The position numbers were made by a program, and so were the translations under genes. Source: Monocercomonoides exilis PA203 (Eukaryota > Protista > Preaxostyla). From it: a stretch of DNA of 64,000 nucleotides. Positions 1 to 12,000 of this stretch are shown in pieces (within the stretch, counting starts at the first letter, position 1; each line of letters begins with the position of its first letter). The notes below the pieces were generated by a model. It did no database searches, was not told where the DNA came from, and was given only the letters and a program-made list of their open reading frames with translations. The stretch is taken from contig LSRY02000027.1 in the NCBI GenBank assembly GCA_001643675.2, positions 930,001 through 994,000 of the forward strand, read 5' to 3'.

Positions 1-17
1 CTTCTTCCCCTTCCTCT

Positions 18-3000
18 TTGAACAACTCTCTCTTCTCTCTCTCCAACCCCCTCTGCTCTTCATTGGCTGCCCATTCAAATGACACAGTTTTCTCTCTCCT
101 CCACAGATTCCACAGGAATGGAAACCCAACAGAAGAAGAAGAAGAGGAAGAAGGTATAAGAGAAGAAAGGGAGAGGATGAGGAAGATGATGGAGTGGATG
201 AGGGAAGAGAAGGAAAGAAGAGAAGGAGAAGGAGAAGGAAGAGAAGGAGAAAAAGGAGAAAAAGGAGAAGGAAAAAATACCCTTTCAACCTCAAATTCAT
301 CCCCAAATACAAAAATTTCCCAATTTTCCCAGTTTTCTCTCAACAAGCTCACAATCTTGTTATATTTGCGTCGTGCCGGCAAGAAAAGGAGGAAGTTGCT
401 GTCATTGCCTTTATCAGGAAATGGCTTTTGTTCGTCTTCTTCTTCTTCTTCTCTTTCTCTTTCTCCTTCTTCTTTTCCTTCTTCTTCTTCACATGCCAGT
501 GTCTGTTCAAAAGAACAGATAACTCATTCACCTTCCTTTGAGAATGGAGAAGCAGAGATGGAGGCAGTTAATGAGGAAGAATGGGTGAAGTTTGTTGGGG
601 TTGTGCAGAAGTTTGTGGGGGAAAGGGGGAAAAGAGAAGGAAGAGAAGGAAGAGAAGAGGAGGAGAAAGAGAAGAAAGAGAAAGAAAAGAAAGAGAAGGA
701 GAAAGAGAATGGAGAAAGAGAAGGGGGAGGAAATGAAGTTGAAACAAGAGCATCGACACTGGACTCTATTGCTTCTCTCTTTTCTTCTCTTTCACCCCAA
801 ACACAAATTTCTTCTCTTTCTTCTTCCTCCTCCTCTTCTTCCTCCTCCTCCTCTTCTCTCCAGCATCTTCCACCTGGTCTAAGACAACGCAGACTTTCTC
901 GTGCCATGTCTCTGTCTGCCTCTTCTGTGCTCAGATCTTCTTTCTCTTCTGCCATTCAACCTCCTCTTTCGATTGTTTCTGCTTCTGCTTCTGCTTCTTC
1001 TTCTTCTTATACAGTAAGCTCACAATACCCTTCCATTTGCGATCCAAAAGACGAAGAAGAACTAGAAATTGATCAACTGCAGGCGAAAGACAAAGAAGAA
1101 AGAAAGAAAAGACACACAAAATATGATTTTCTGATGAAAGCGATGGATGAAGAAGACGATGAAGGAGATGAGGTGATGTTCAGAGGAATCCTGCCAATTT
1201 CTGTGAAGTTCCATTTTCTGCCTCTTCTGCTGGCGACTGTTCGGTTTGCGAGTTTGGATGTGAAGGGAAACGGAGGGAAGAAAGGGGAGAAAGGAAAAGA
1301 TGGAGTAAATGTTAGCGATCCTTCATCTTCTTCTTCCTCCTCTTCCTCTTCCTCTTCCTCTTCCTCTTCCTCTTCCTCTTCCTCTTCCTCTTCCTCTTCT
1401 TCTCTCCAATATTCATATTCCTCTCAACACCTTTCCATTCTGAATGTCTTTTCGCCTTCTCCATCTCTCGTTTTCGCTTCTCTTCCTTCTTTCTCTGTTT
1501 ATCTTCACTCGCTCTTCCTCTCCTTCTCTTCGGCTGTGCTGATCAGCAGAAACGAAGAAGGTATAAAGACACAAACATCTTCTCAATCTTCATTGTCATC
1601 TGCTTCTTCTTCTTCTTCTTCTTCTCTTACCTCCTCTTCCTCCTCTTCCCCCTCTCAAAAATCCATCATTGCCATCACACAACCAATGATTGACGCCCTC
1701 TGCTTAATAAACGATTTCTCGTCTTATCTTCCCTTTGTCTGCTCTTTCGTTTCTTATCCAATCAGAAAAACACTCCAAAAACTGTCAAATTCGGCGATTG
1801 ACGTGAAGAATGAGGAGGTTTATTGTTCTTCTTCTTCTTCTTCTTCTTCTTCTTCTTCTCTCCAACCCACCTCTCAATCTGTCTCTGTCTTCGACTCTAT
1901 CACAGCGTCTGCCTCTTCCCAACAACAACAGCAAAAGGGGAATCTTTCTTCGCCTTTTGCCCTTCTTTTAGCTGCTTTGCTGACAAAAGCGCCAATGTTT
2001 GTGAAGGATTATGTGAAAACAACGCAAAAAGATGAAAAAGATGAAAAAGAAGAGAAAGAAGGGAGGATATGGAACGAACAATCAGAGGGAAGTGATTCTG
2101 GAGATTGTTATGGAGAAAATCTTTCTTCATTGCCTTCTTCTTCTTCTTCTTCTCTTTTTGATCTCAAATCCAAATTGTTATGTTCTGTTCATCTTTTTTC
2201 GCTTGCTGCAAACATCCTTTCGTTCAGTTCTCATCCTTCTTCTGCTTCTTCTTCTTCCTCTTCTTCTTTTTATTCTTCCTCTTCCTTCTCTTCCTCTTCT
2301 TCCTCTTCTTCTTCTCTTTATTCTTCTTCCCCCTCTTCTCTTCCCCCTCTTCTTTCGAAAGTTTCCTCTTCTCTTTCGTTTCTGTGTTTATCTCGTTCCA
2401 TTTTCTTTCCTCTTTTTCAGTTGCTTCATGAAACAACGGGGGGAATAACAGAAGAAGAGAAAGAGAGAGAAAGAGAAAGGAAAGAGGAGAAAGAGAGAGA
2501 AAGAGAAGAAGAAAGAAAGAGAAGAAGAAGAAAGAGACAGAAGATCGAAGAAACGAAAGAGAAAGTGAAAAGCAATGGAAATTATGTAAATGGAGAAGAA
2601 GAAGAAGAAGAAGAGAAAGAAGAAAAAGCTGATGACGAAGGCGAAGGCGAAGGCGAAGGCGAAGGCGAAGGCGAAGAAGAAGATGATGAAGACAATGAAG
2701 AAGAACTTCAATTGGATGAAGATGGCTATCAGATCATTGACAGCTATGAAGAGAAAATGAAGCGAAAGAAGCAGAAAAGGGTGGAAAAAGAGCAAAAACT
2801 TAAAGATAAAAAGGAAAGAGAAGAGAAAGAGAAGAAGCTGACCGAAAGAGACAGACAATTCCCGTTTGTGGCTGATGATCCCTTTGTCACTCCTGTTGTC
2901 AGCTCTGCCCTTGTTTTAGCTTCTTCTCTTGTGTGTTTTGCTTCTTCATTGGTGAAAAAGACATCAGGAATTGCGAAGTTTTCTGATTCTTCTTCTCTTT

Positions 3001-6000
3001 CTTCTTCTCTTCAACCAGAAGAAGAAGAACTAAAAGAGCTGTTGTCGGTCAGCTGTTGTGGAAGCAATGGACTGCTTGGTGTGGTTGAGAGGATCATCAA
3101 CACTTTGCCTCAAATGCTCAACACTCTCTGCTGCATTGAGAATTCGTCTGATTCTTCTTCTGTTTCTTCTTCTGTTTCTTCTTCTTCTTCAAATTCTTCT
3201 GATTCTTCTGATTCTTCTTCTTCATTGTCTCTTGCCCAACGTCGCAACATCCTCCTTCTCCTCTCCTTTTCTTGCTCTGTTCTGCCACTCCTCCTTTCCC
3301 TCGACGATATTTCTGCTTCTTCTGCCCACCGACCTTTCGAATCCTTCCTCTTTGAAACAGACTTCGCACGCAACTTATTTGCCTTCGGAGAAATGATAAT
3401 TCTCCGTGGCTTAAACAAGCAGGACAGAACACGCCGGAATCGGCAGCCCATTATGATTCATTCACAATCATCGTTAATTCCGGCATCTAATTCTTTGCAT
3501 CCATCGCCTTCAACATCTTCACTGGCTCTTTACCCTTCCAGCAGTGTTTCTTCACTTCCTGCTCTTATTTCTCATGGTTCTGCTTCTTCTTCCTCTTCTT
3601 CCTCTTCCTCTTCTTCATCCTCCTCTTTCCGCTTCCCTGACTGCCAGCTCTGGCTCTCTGAACCTTCTTTATCTTCTTTATCCACCACTTTCTATGTGTT
3701 TGCCTTTTGCTCTTCTTTGCTTCGATTTTCGCATCATCTTCTGTTTATGACACTTCTGCAACAGAACATTCACAAAAGCATCATCGAAAAAGCAGCACCT
3801 TTCTTGTTTGACTTGCTTATTCCAGCTCATATTCATTCTTCTAATGCTTCTTCTTCTTCTTCTTCTTCTTCTTCTTCCTCCTCCTCCTCCTCCTCTTCTT
3901 CTTCTTCTTCTTCTTCTTCTTCTTCTCCTCCTCCTCCTTCTCCTCTTCCTTCTCCTTCATCATCTGAATCATCATCTTCTCCTTCCTCTTCTTCTACTTC
4001 TTCTTCTCATCCTTCTTCCCTCTCTCTCACCTCCTGTTTCTATCTCTTCCATCTCCAAAGGCCTGTTCTTGCTCTTTTAACCTCTTTTCCCACTCTTTCT
4101 GCTTCGAAAAAGAACATTTCGTCTGTCTTGTCTTGTTTGAAATCGGCTGTAAATCTGCTGGAAATGCTAAGTAAACAGACAAGTTTTGAGGGAGAAAGGT
4201 GGAATGGTGAATTGAAGAAGGGGAAAGGAGAAGAGAAAGAGGAAAGAGGAAAAGAAGGAGAAAGAGAAATAAAAGGAAATAGAAAAGAATTATCAAATAT
4301 ATCTTCTCCTTCTCTTCCTCCTCTTCCTTCTCTTCCTCCTCCTTCTCGCTCCCGCCTCCTCTTCCTCTCTCACCGCATCGACCCCATCATCACCCAGTGC
4401 ATCTCCATTCTCACCCACCACATCAGCAAAAATCCTGTCTTCTTGTTTGACTCTTCCTCTCCTCTGCTTCTTTTGACACCCAAAATGAGAGCTGGCTTGG
4501 TGGAGAGGTTTGGTGAAGGGAAATACGGAACTGGGGTGATATTGCCTTCTTCCTCTTCTTCTTCAAAATCGTCTTCTTCATTAGCTTCTTCTCCTTCTCC
4601 TTCTGTTTCTCCTTCTGTTTCTCCTTCTTCTCATTCAATTTCATCATCATCATCATCATTTTCTTCTTCTTCTTCTTCTCATCCTCCCTCTCCATCTTCT
4701 TCCTTCTCTCCCTCCACTCTCCCTGCCCCTTCTTTCCCTGTCTATGTTCCTTCTTCTTCTCTTTCGCCTTTCATCCAAAAACCAGCTGAAAAGGAGCTTT
4801 TGTTCCTTCAATCAGTTCAGTTGTTTGAAGAAGCGGTTCCTCTTGTGTTGAAAGCGATGGAGATTAACAGCAGAAGAAAAGGGGTGTTGTTTGCGAATAA
4901 ACATAGGATTTATAATCCAGTTGAGTTGGAGAAGGGAAAAGAAGGAGGAGAAGGAAGAGGAGAAGAGGGAGAAAGAGGAAGAGGAGAAGGAAGAAATGAA
5001 GGAGAGAAAGAAAAAGGAGAGGAAAAAGAAAATGTTGTTGATGAGAAGCAGATGAGGTCGTTGTGGAGGAAATCAAAGGAACAGCCATTGACATTGGGTG
5101 TTTTGTTGCAGATGATGAAACAAGAAGTTATGAATAGCAGAAATACAGAAAAAACAGAAAAAACAGAAAAATTTGATAAGTCAAATGAATCAAATAAAAC
5201 TAATAAGACAAATAAATTAGATTCAATGAGTAATATTGACTTCTCAAATCTCTCATCGTTTCTGAATCTGTTTGAGTTCAACACACAGTTAACATCTGAT
5301 TCATTCATAGCTCATTCCAATTCTTCTTCCTCTTCATCTGCTTCTCTTTCTTCTCTTTCTCCTTCTCTTGCATTGTCCCCCGTTCCGCTTTTCCCTCTCC
5401 CTATCCCTCAATCTCTTCCCTTGACTGCTTCTTGCTTTGCCTTCTTTGCAGCAATCGAAGAGCAAAACAAGAAATTTGAGCATCATTCAGCAATTGTGCA
5501 GAAGCTGATGAATTTGTATTTGGTGAAGAACCAGAAGATTCAGCAGGAACAGAATAAGAAGACGAAGGAGAAAGAGAAAGAGAAGGAGAAGGAAAAAGAG
5601 AAGGAGAAGGAGAAAACAAAAGGAAGTGGCAAAGGCAAAGAGAAAGATAAAGACAAAGACAAAGAAAAGAACAAATTCAAAGCAGACAATATATCAAATA
5701 AAGAAAATGACACCCAAACACAACAAGAAGAAGAAAATGAAGGAGGAAACATGGAATTTGATGGACATTCAATTGCATCTTCATCATCATCATCTTCTTC
5801 TTCTTCTTCTATGTCATCACCAAGAAACAACAAATATAACAGTGAGTCTCAGGAAATTGATGAGCTATGCACTTCTTGTTCAGCAGAATCAATTCCAATA
5901 TCACCTTCTCATCAATTGAATGCAGATGGCAATGAAAACAATGGCATGGTAAAATCAAGTTCTCCATTTGATTATTCATCCCCTTCAAAACAATTGTCTT

Positions 6001-9000
6001 CTCCATCGTCAGCATCAACAGCTTCATTCTCTTCGTTTTCATCTTCATTCCCCCCACAAATAGAGAACGAAGAAGCAAACATTGTATCTGTCTTTACTAT
6101 TCTCCCTGCTTCTGCCATTCAAAGCTTCCCTCCTCTTTCTCTCTGGAGTCAAGTGATCAAGCAGGTCATCCCCAAACACTCTCATATTGCTGCCCAGATC
6201 TGCCTCAATCACACAATGAATGGCTGGTTGAAAGCTCCTCAGATTAAACAAACAAAGATAGAAAAGAAAATGCTAACTGATCCAAAACCAGTTGGTGTAT
6301 TTGCATTGACTGAGAAAGAAGACAACACGAATGATGAGCGCTTGTTCCCACTGGAGAAATCGATTGTTCTGAAGTCTCCAGCCACTCTTGCTGCAACTTT
6401 GGTGAATTTGCCTCTTTTCTGCTCATTCACTTTTGTTGTTCTGAGGCAATTCATCCGATCAATTGGCTCCTCTGCTCCTTCTGTTCTTGCTCCTTTGCTT
6501 CTCTCCAATGGAAAGATGAATTATTCTTTGGGCCGAAAGAACAAAAGCCACAAAGAAGGCATTTTGAACTGGAGGTCGGGATCAACCACTGATTGGATTG
6601 CGCTTGTGAACTATTCTGAGAGTGTTGCAGGAGATGAAGAAGATTCTGAAGCTGAGGATGAAAAAGAAGAGAAAGAGACAAGCAATGAAAATGGTGTTGG
6701 AGGTGATGGAAACAGCAATGCAGCGAATGAACAACAGAGAAGTTCTGATGATGAGAACGAGTCATTTGCTCCAAATGGACCAGCTTCTCCTGTTTCTTCA
6801 AAGAAAGGAAGAACTTCTTCTTCTTCTTCTTCTTCCTCTTCAAAAGCACAGGGAAGCGAATCCTCAAAACAGCACAATCCAAATGCATCGCCATTCTCCA
6901 AGTCGCACATACCTGCTCCTCTTCCAACAATCACCACGAATCTGTATTCGTCTTCTTCCTCTGTTCCTTTACTGATGAAATCATCATCTTCATCATCTTC
7001 CTCCTCCTCCTCTATATCTTCCTCTCGAAAGGCCTCAATGCTCCAATTGCCAGAGGGGCTTGTATCGCTGTCTGGAACAGGTGAGTCCAATGATTATGAG
7101 AATGATCAATCAAGACGTTTTGCTCCGCTCATAGCCTCATCGTTAAATATCACCAAATCGCTTTCAATTCAGACACCGCTTCCGCCTCCTCCATTGGTGG
7201 AACCCTTCCACGAGGCGGAAGACGAAAGTGAGGAAGAGGCAGAGAAAGAAACAGAGGGACAAAAGGAGAGTGAAGCAGCGATTGTTAGTGCAGAACAGGG
7301 AAATGTGGGAGCAGAGAAGCAAGTTGGTGGGCAGAGCAATGGGAAGAAGATGTGTGTTGATCAGCATCATCAGATTGTTAACACATTGCAAGAGAAATTG
7401 AAAGCAACATTTGATTTCTTGTCTTCTTCGGCTACACATTTGTGTCTCCTTCATATTCTCCTTGCCTTCTACATGCAAATTGACAAGCTTTTTGACAGCT
7501 CTGCTGAAACGTCAGCGAAGAAATTGATTGAATCTGTGTCTCATTGTTCATCTTCGACAATTGAGAGATTGAAGAATGCTATGTACAATATTACAGCAGA
7601 TGAAGCCAGTGAATCGTTTGATGTTTTCACACAAGAAAACAAGCATAATATCAGTTTTGCGAAATTTGTGCGAAAGATAATTGAAATAGCTGCAAAAGAA
7701 AGTGCTTCTTCAGCGCCTGCAGTTGAAAATTCTTCTTCTTTTATCTCAAAGCGATTCTCTCTTTCAACAATGGCAGAAGACTCTGCCATTCTCTGCAAAT
7801 GTGCTTTGTGCGACTCAAAAACAGAATCAACAGAAAATATTCTTGTTCCTCGTCTTCTCTCAGAATTCTTCTCAAAATACAATTCAATCATCACTTCTGC
7901 CTCTGATAAATCACGTTCTTTATTCCAAACACAACTTTCACCAAAGCCATTTTCTTTTGATTCTTCTGTTTCAATCAGTCCATTTGATGAGACAGAGAGA
8001 ATTCTGCATTGCCAAGTGTCGATGATATGGAATGCCCCCGTACAGCAGAAGAAGGTGCTGAAGAGATTGCTCAGAAAGAGCGCAATATCAACATTGTTGT
8101 GGGAGAAAGTGTGTGGATGCATTCATCGAGCATTGATGGCTGAGAAGACAGGAATAGAAAAAGAGAAGGAGAAGGAGAAGATGGAAAATGATGCGAAAAA
8201 AGAAGCGGAAAAAAGAGAAATGATTGAAGCAAACAACAGGAATGACAAAATTGAATCAAATAGCAAACAAGCTGAAGATAGCAGCGCTAAAGAAGGGGTT
8301 GATTGGTTGCCATTTGTTCGTTCTTATCCTCTGCAGGTGTTGTATCTTCGAAGCATGACGCTTCTGTCAATGCTGCTCAGAATAACAGCAGATGAAGTGA
8401 AAGAGATGGAAGAACAGCAATCAAATGGATGCGAATCAATGAAGGATGAAGAAAAGAAAGGCAAAACTTCAGTTGAGGAAGGTGCAAAGATAGGAGCAAT
8501 GCAATCAGTTGAATGTTTGCGAATGTTGAATGTGTCTCAGTCATTGCTGACGCCTTTGATTATGTTTATCATGCAGAGTATGTTGGTGCCTGCTATTGAT
8601 GCACAGAAGAAGCAAGAAAATGCAAAAGTTGCGGAACTGCTGAAGAGTGAAAGTGGGGTTAATGGAAACGAGAATTCTTCTTCTGCTGTAGCTGCTTCTG
8701 TTGATGGAAACACTTCACAAGGAACAGAACAACCTGAAACTTCGAAAACAGAAAAGGAGATCAAAGAAAAAGATAGCAAAAATACTGCTAATTTTATAAT
8801 GTTTGATCCATTCTCTCAATCAGCTCATCCAACAGAAGACATCTCAATGCATTCGATTGCCTTGCCTGTTCCATTTGCCTCTTCTCTTCATCCCTCTGCT
8901 CTTTGGATGCCTCCATCGTCACTTGCAGCATTCCTTTCCTCTCATTACGATGTGTATGTCAACCACCCATACCCAACATTCTTTGGCCTTCCTGAAGCCA

Positions 9001-12000
9001 CTCAAAACTCGTTCATTGAACAGATTGTAGATCTGACCGCGAATTCAGTCGAGGCTCTGGTTCAGATGCCTATTCCTACAGATCTGAGTGATAGCGATGT
9101 TGTAGCTTCTTCTATTTCTTCTTCTGCATCTTCAAGTCGATCTTCAGCAAATCCTGCTGTAAATGAAAAATCCATTAAACGAGCATTGCTCTTGCACTTC
9201 TTCCCATTTGCATTCATTCAAACGCTTTTGCTTCTCTTTTTCAGACAGTACATCACTCTTTCTGTACAATCGTCTTCAGGGATTGTTATTTACAGGCCTG
9301 TTCCTCAGTCTGCAAGCTCTGAAGATTCATCCTCTGCAACATCTGGTCAAATGAATGATGACCACAGGGCATCTTCTTCATCCAAAGCACAAAATGGAAA
9401 TGCCAATTCAAATTCAAGCTGCAATTCTAGCATTGCTGCTTCCTCTTCTTCTTCTTCTTCAAGTGACTCATTACAAGACGAGCTTGAGGATTATGAACAG
9501 GACTTCATGAAGTCAGCGATGACGATCACGAAAGACGAGATTCTGGAGAGTAAACGGAAAGATCAGGCAGAATCAAGGAGAAGAGACATCGAATGGACTA
9601 AAGTGCGCACCACTCAGGACACACTGAGGATTGGAGAGGTGTCAGCCAGAAGCAATGTGTTGCAGAAGATAGTGGTTGCGCTGGCCAACTGGGTGAGTGT
9701 GGTGCCAGAGATGAAAGAATGTGTTGTGCTTTCCATTCTGTTCTTGAACTCAATCTCGCCAATTTCACTCAATCCATCGCTGCTTGATTTGCTGGTGTAC
9801 TCTTTGGATGAAGGAACATACGTACAGAAGCTGACTGAGAAGGAGAAGAAGTGGAGATACGATGTGAAGAATGCGGCATCCATTTATGTTGAAGTGGCAC
9901 CAGAACCAGACAGAATGGCAACTCTTATGGATTCTTCTTCAAGCAAATTAGATGGAAATGAAGCGAATTTCAAGTTTTCAAATGAAACACAAAGTCCAAA
10001 TGAAGCTCCGGCAGTTCTGGATGAATCACGAAACCCTCTGGTTGCTCCTGCTTCTACGTCAAATGTTACGTTGCAGTCGTCATTCCCTTCAGTTGTTGTT
10101 CACAGAACGGAATCTGTTGTTTTGACAGACCAAGGAAAACAAACTTTCACAGAAGAGAAGAGACTCTTAATGCGAACTCAATCAATTGCATTTGAAGACG
10201 AACAACTTCCGAAAGCAGAAAAAGAGGAGCCTGCGAAATGTATTCTGTCTTCTTCTCGAGTGCTTTCATTCGCTTTTGGTTCAATTGTCATATGCGATTC
10301 AACTTATTTTGGTGTGTTTGTGGTCACAACTACACATTTGATGTTCTTTGCTGCTTCTTCTGACCCAAAGAGCAAACAAAGTGATACAAACGCACAATCA
10401 TCGGCAGCAGCTCCTTCAAAAGCAGCTGCGGCGACTGCAGAACAAACTTTGATTGAAGTAACAGAAACCTCTTTTGCAGTTCCTGATGATTGGACAGAAG
10501 AGACAGTCATTCCATTGCTTTCCAGTGAAAAAAAGAGCAAAGATACAAAATTGCCAAAGGGCTTGCTTCTTCCAATGCAACTTATGCGTTTGAGAAAAGC
10601 AGAGGATGCAACTGATCGAACGTTTGAGCGTCTTCTTTGTGGGAATTACTCGCATTTCGAGCAGTTGAGTGTGGAAGATCTGTCATATTCAATTTCATTA
10701 GCTGGGGTTAAGACAGAGAGAGAGGAAGGAGGAAACAAGGGCTCTTCACAGACGTCTGGTTCTGGCATCGAGCATGCATTTCCACCTTATCTGAAAGAGC
10801 AGAACTTATTTGCTAAATGTCTGTTGGCGAGTCAAGATTCAACAGACTCTTTACCTCCAATAAATGGAGCAAGTGTTGCTGCCCCTTCGTGTTATTATAC
10901 TCATCTGTCATCTCTTTTGCCTCAAGAAAAGAATTCCTCTAAAAAGCTTCAAACTGCAACTGTCTCAAGAAGCAAGACTATGAATGAATCTTCGGCTTTG
11001 TCTACTTCTGCAGATGGAGAAGCAAATGTGCCACCTGAACCGCTCTCGCCTTTACCACAAGAATATCCACGAGCTCAAACGTTCAATGGAGAGGCATTGC
11101 AATCACAGCACAATCTTATTGAAAAGGTTTCACATTCTGCTTCTCGCTCACCTGATCCTTCTGAATCATCAGCTGCTGATGATTCTTCGTCTATCAACAA
11201 GAATCCATATCTCGAAGCCATTGATAGGCTGACCTTTTTCTTCTCCATTCCGATTGAGGCCCTGGCAAATGTTATCATCACTCATCCATTCTATTCAATG
11301 TGCCAGATGGTTGGATTGGATGTGCACAGGACATTCATCGAATGGAGCAGCGAGGCAAAGGAGCTTGTTGAAGAGCAGGAGAGAGAGAAAGAGCTGGAGA
11401 TCCAAAGATTTGAGATTCTAACGGGAGTGAAGCGTGTGCGGAAGGAGAGAGGTGATCTGCTCTTCTTCTCGTTCTCTTGCCCTTCCACCTTTAGATTACA
11501 GAGAGTGCAACAAGCCATCATAGAGCTTGTTTCGTACAACAATCACATCAAGATGGAAAATACAACTACTTCATCAAAAAAACTGGATGATGCACTGAAA
11601 CACACCGCCTCAACAGCACTCTCATTGGACTGCTCTATTGATTCTTCAGTCAGAATGTGGTGTCTTGATCGCGAAAAGGAAGCTGAATCGAGCAGCTTCA
11701 CCATCCCCGAGAGGCTTCGAATGCCTCTGCTGCCCACAGTTTATCCGCAGACATCCAAAAAATCGGAGAAGAAATCATCTTCTTCGCGTTCGTTGTCGAT
11801 TCCTTTGAATCTTCCTTCGAGATTCCTACTTCCGCTTTCTGAGCGTATCTTGTACCAGGCCATGTGCTTCATCTGCACCAATGAAGATGCAATCGCCCAG
11901 AAAGAAAGGAAGAGGTATTTGAAGCTGACGAGGCGGACAGTCGAGAAGAAGAAAGGAAGCATCAGCTTCAGAGAAGAAAGCGGGAAGGACAAAACAGAAA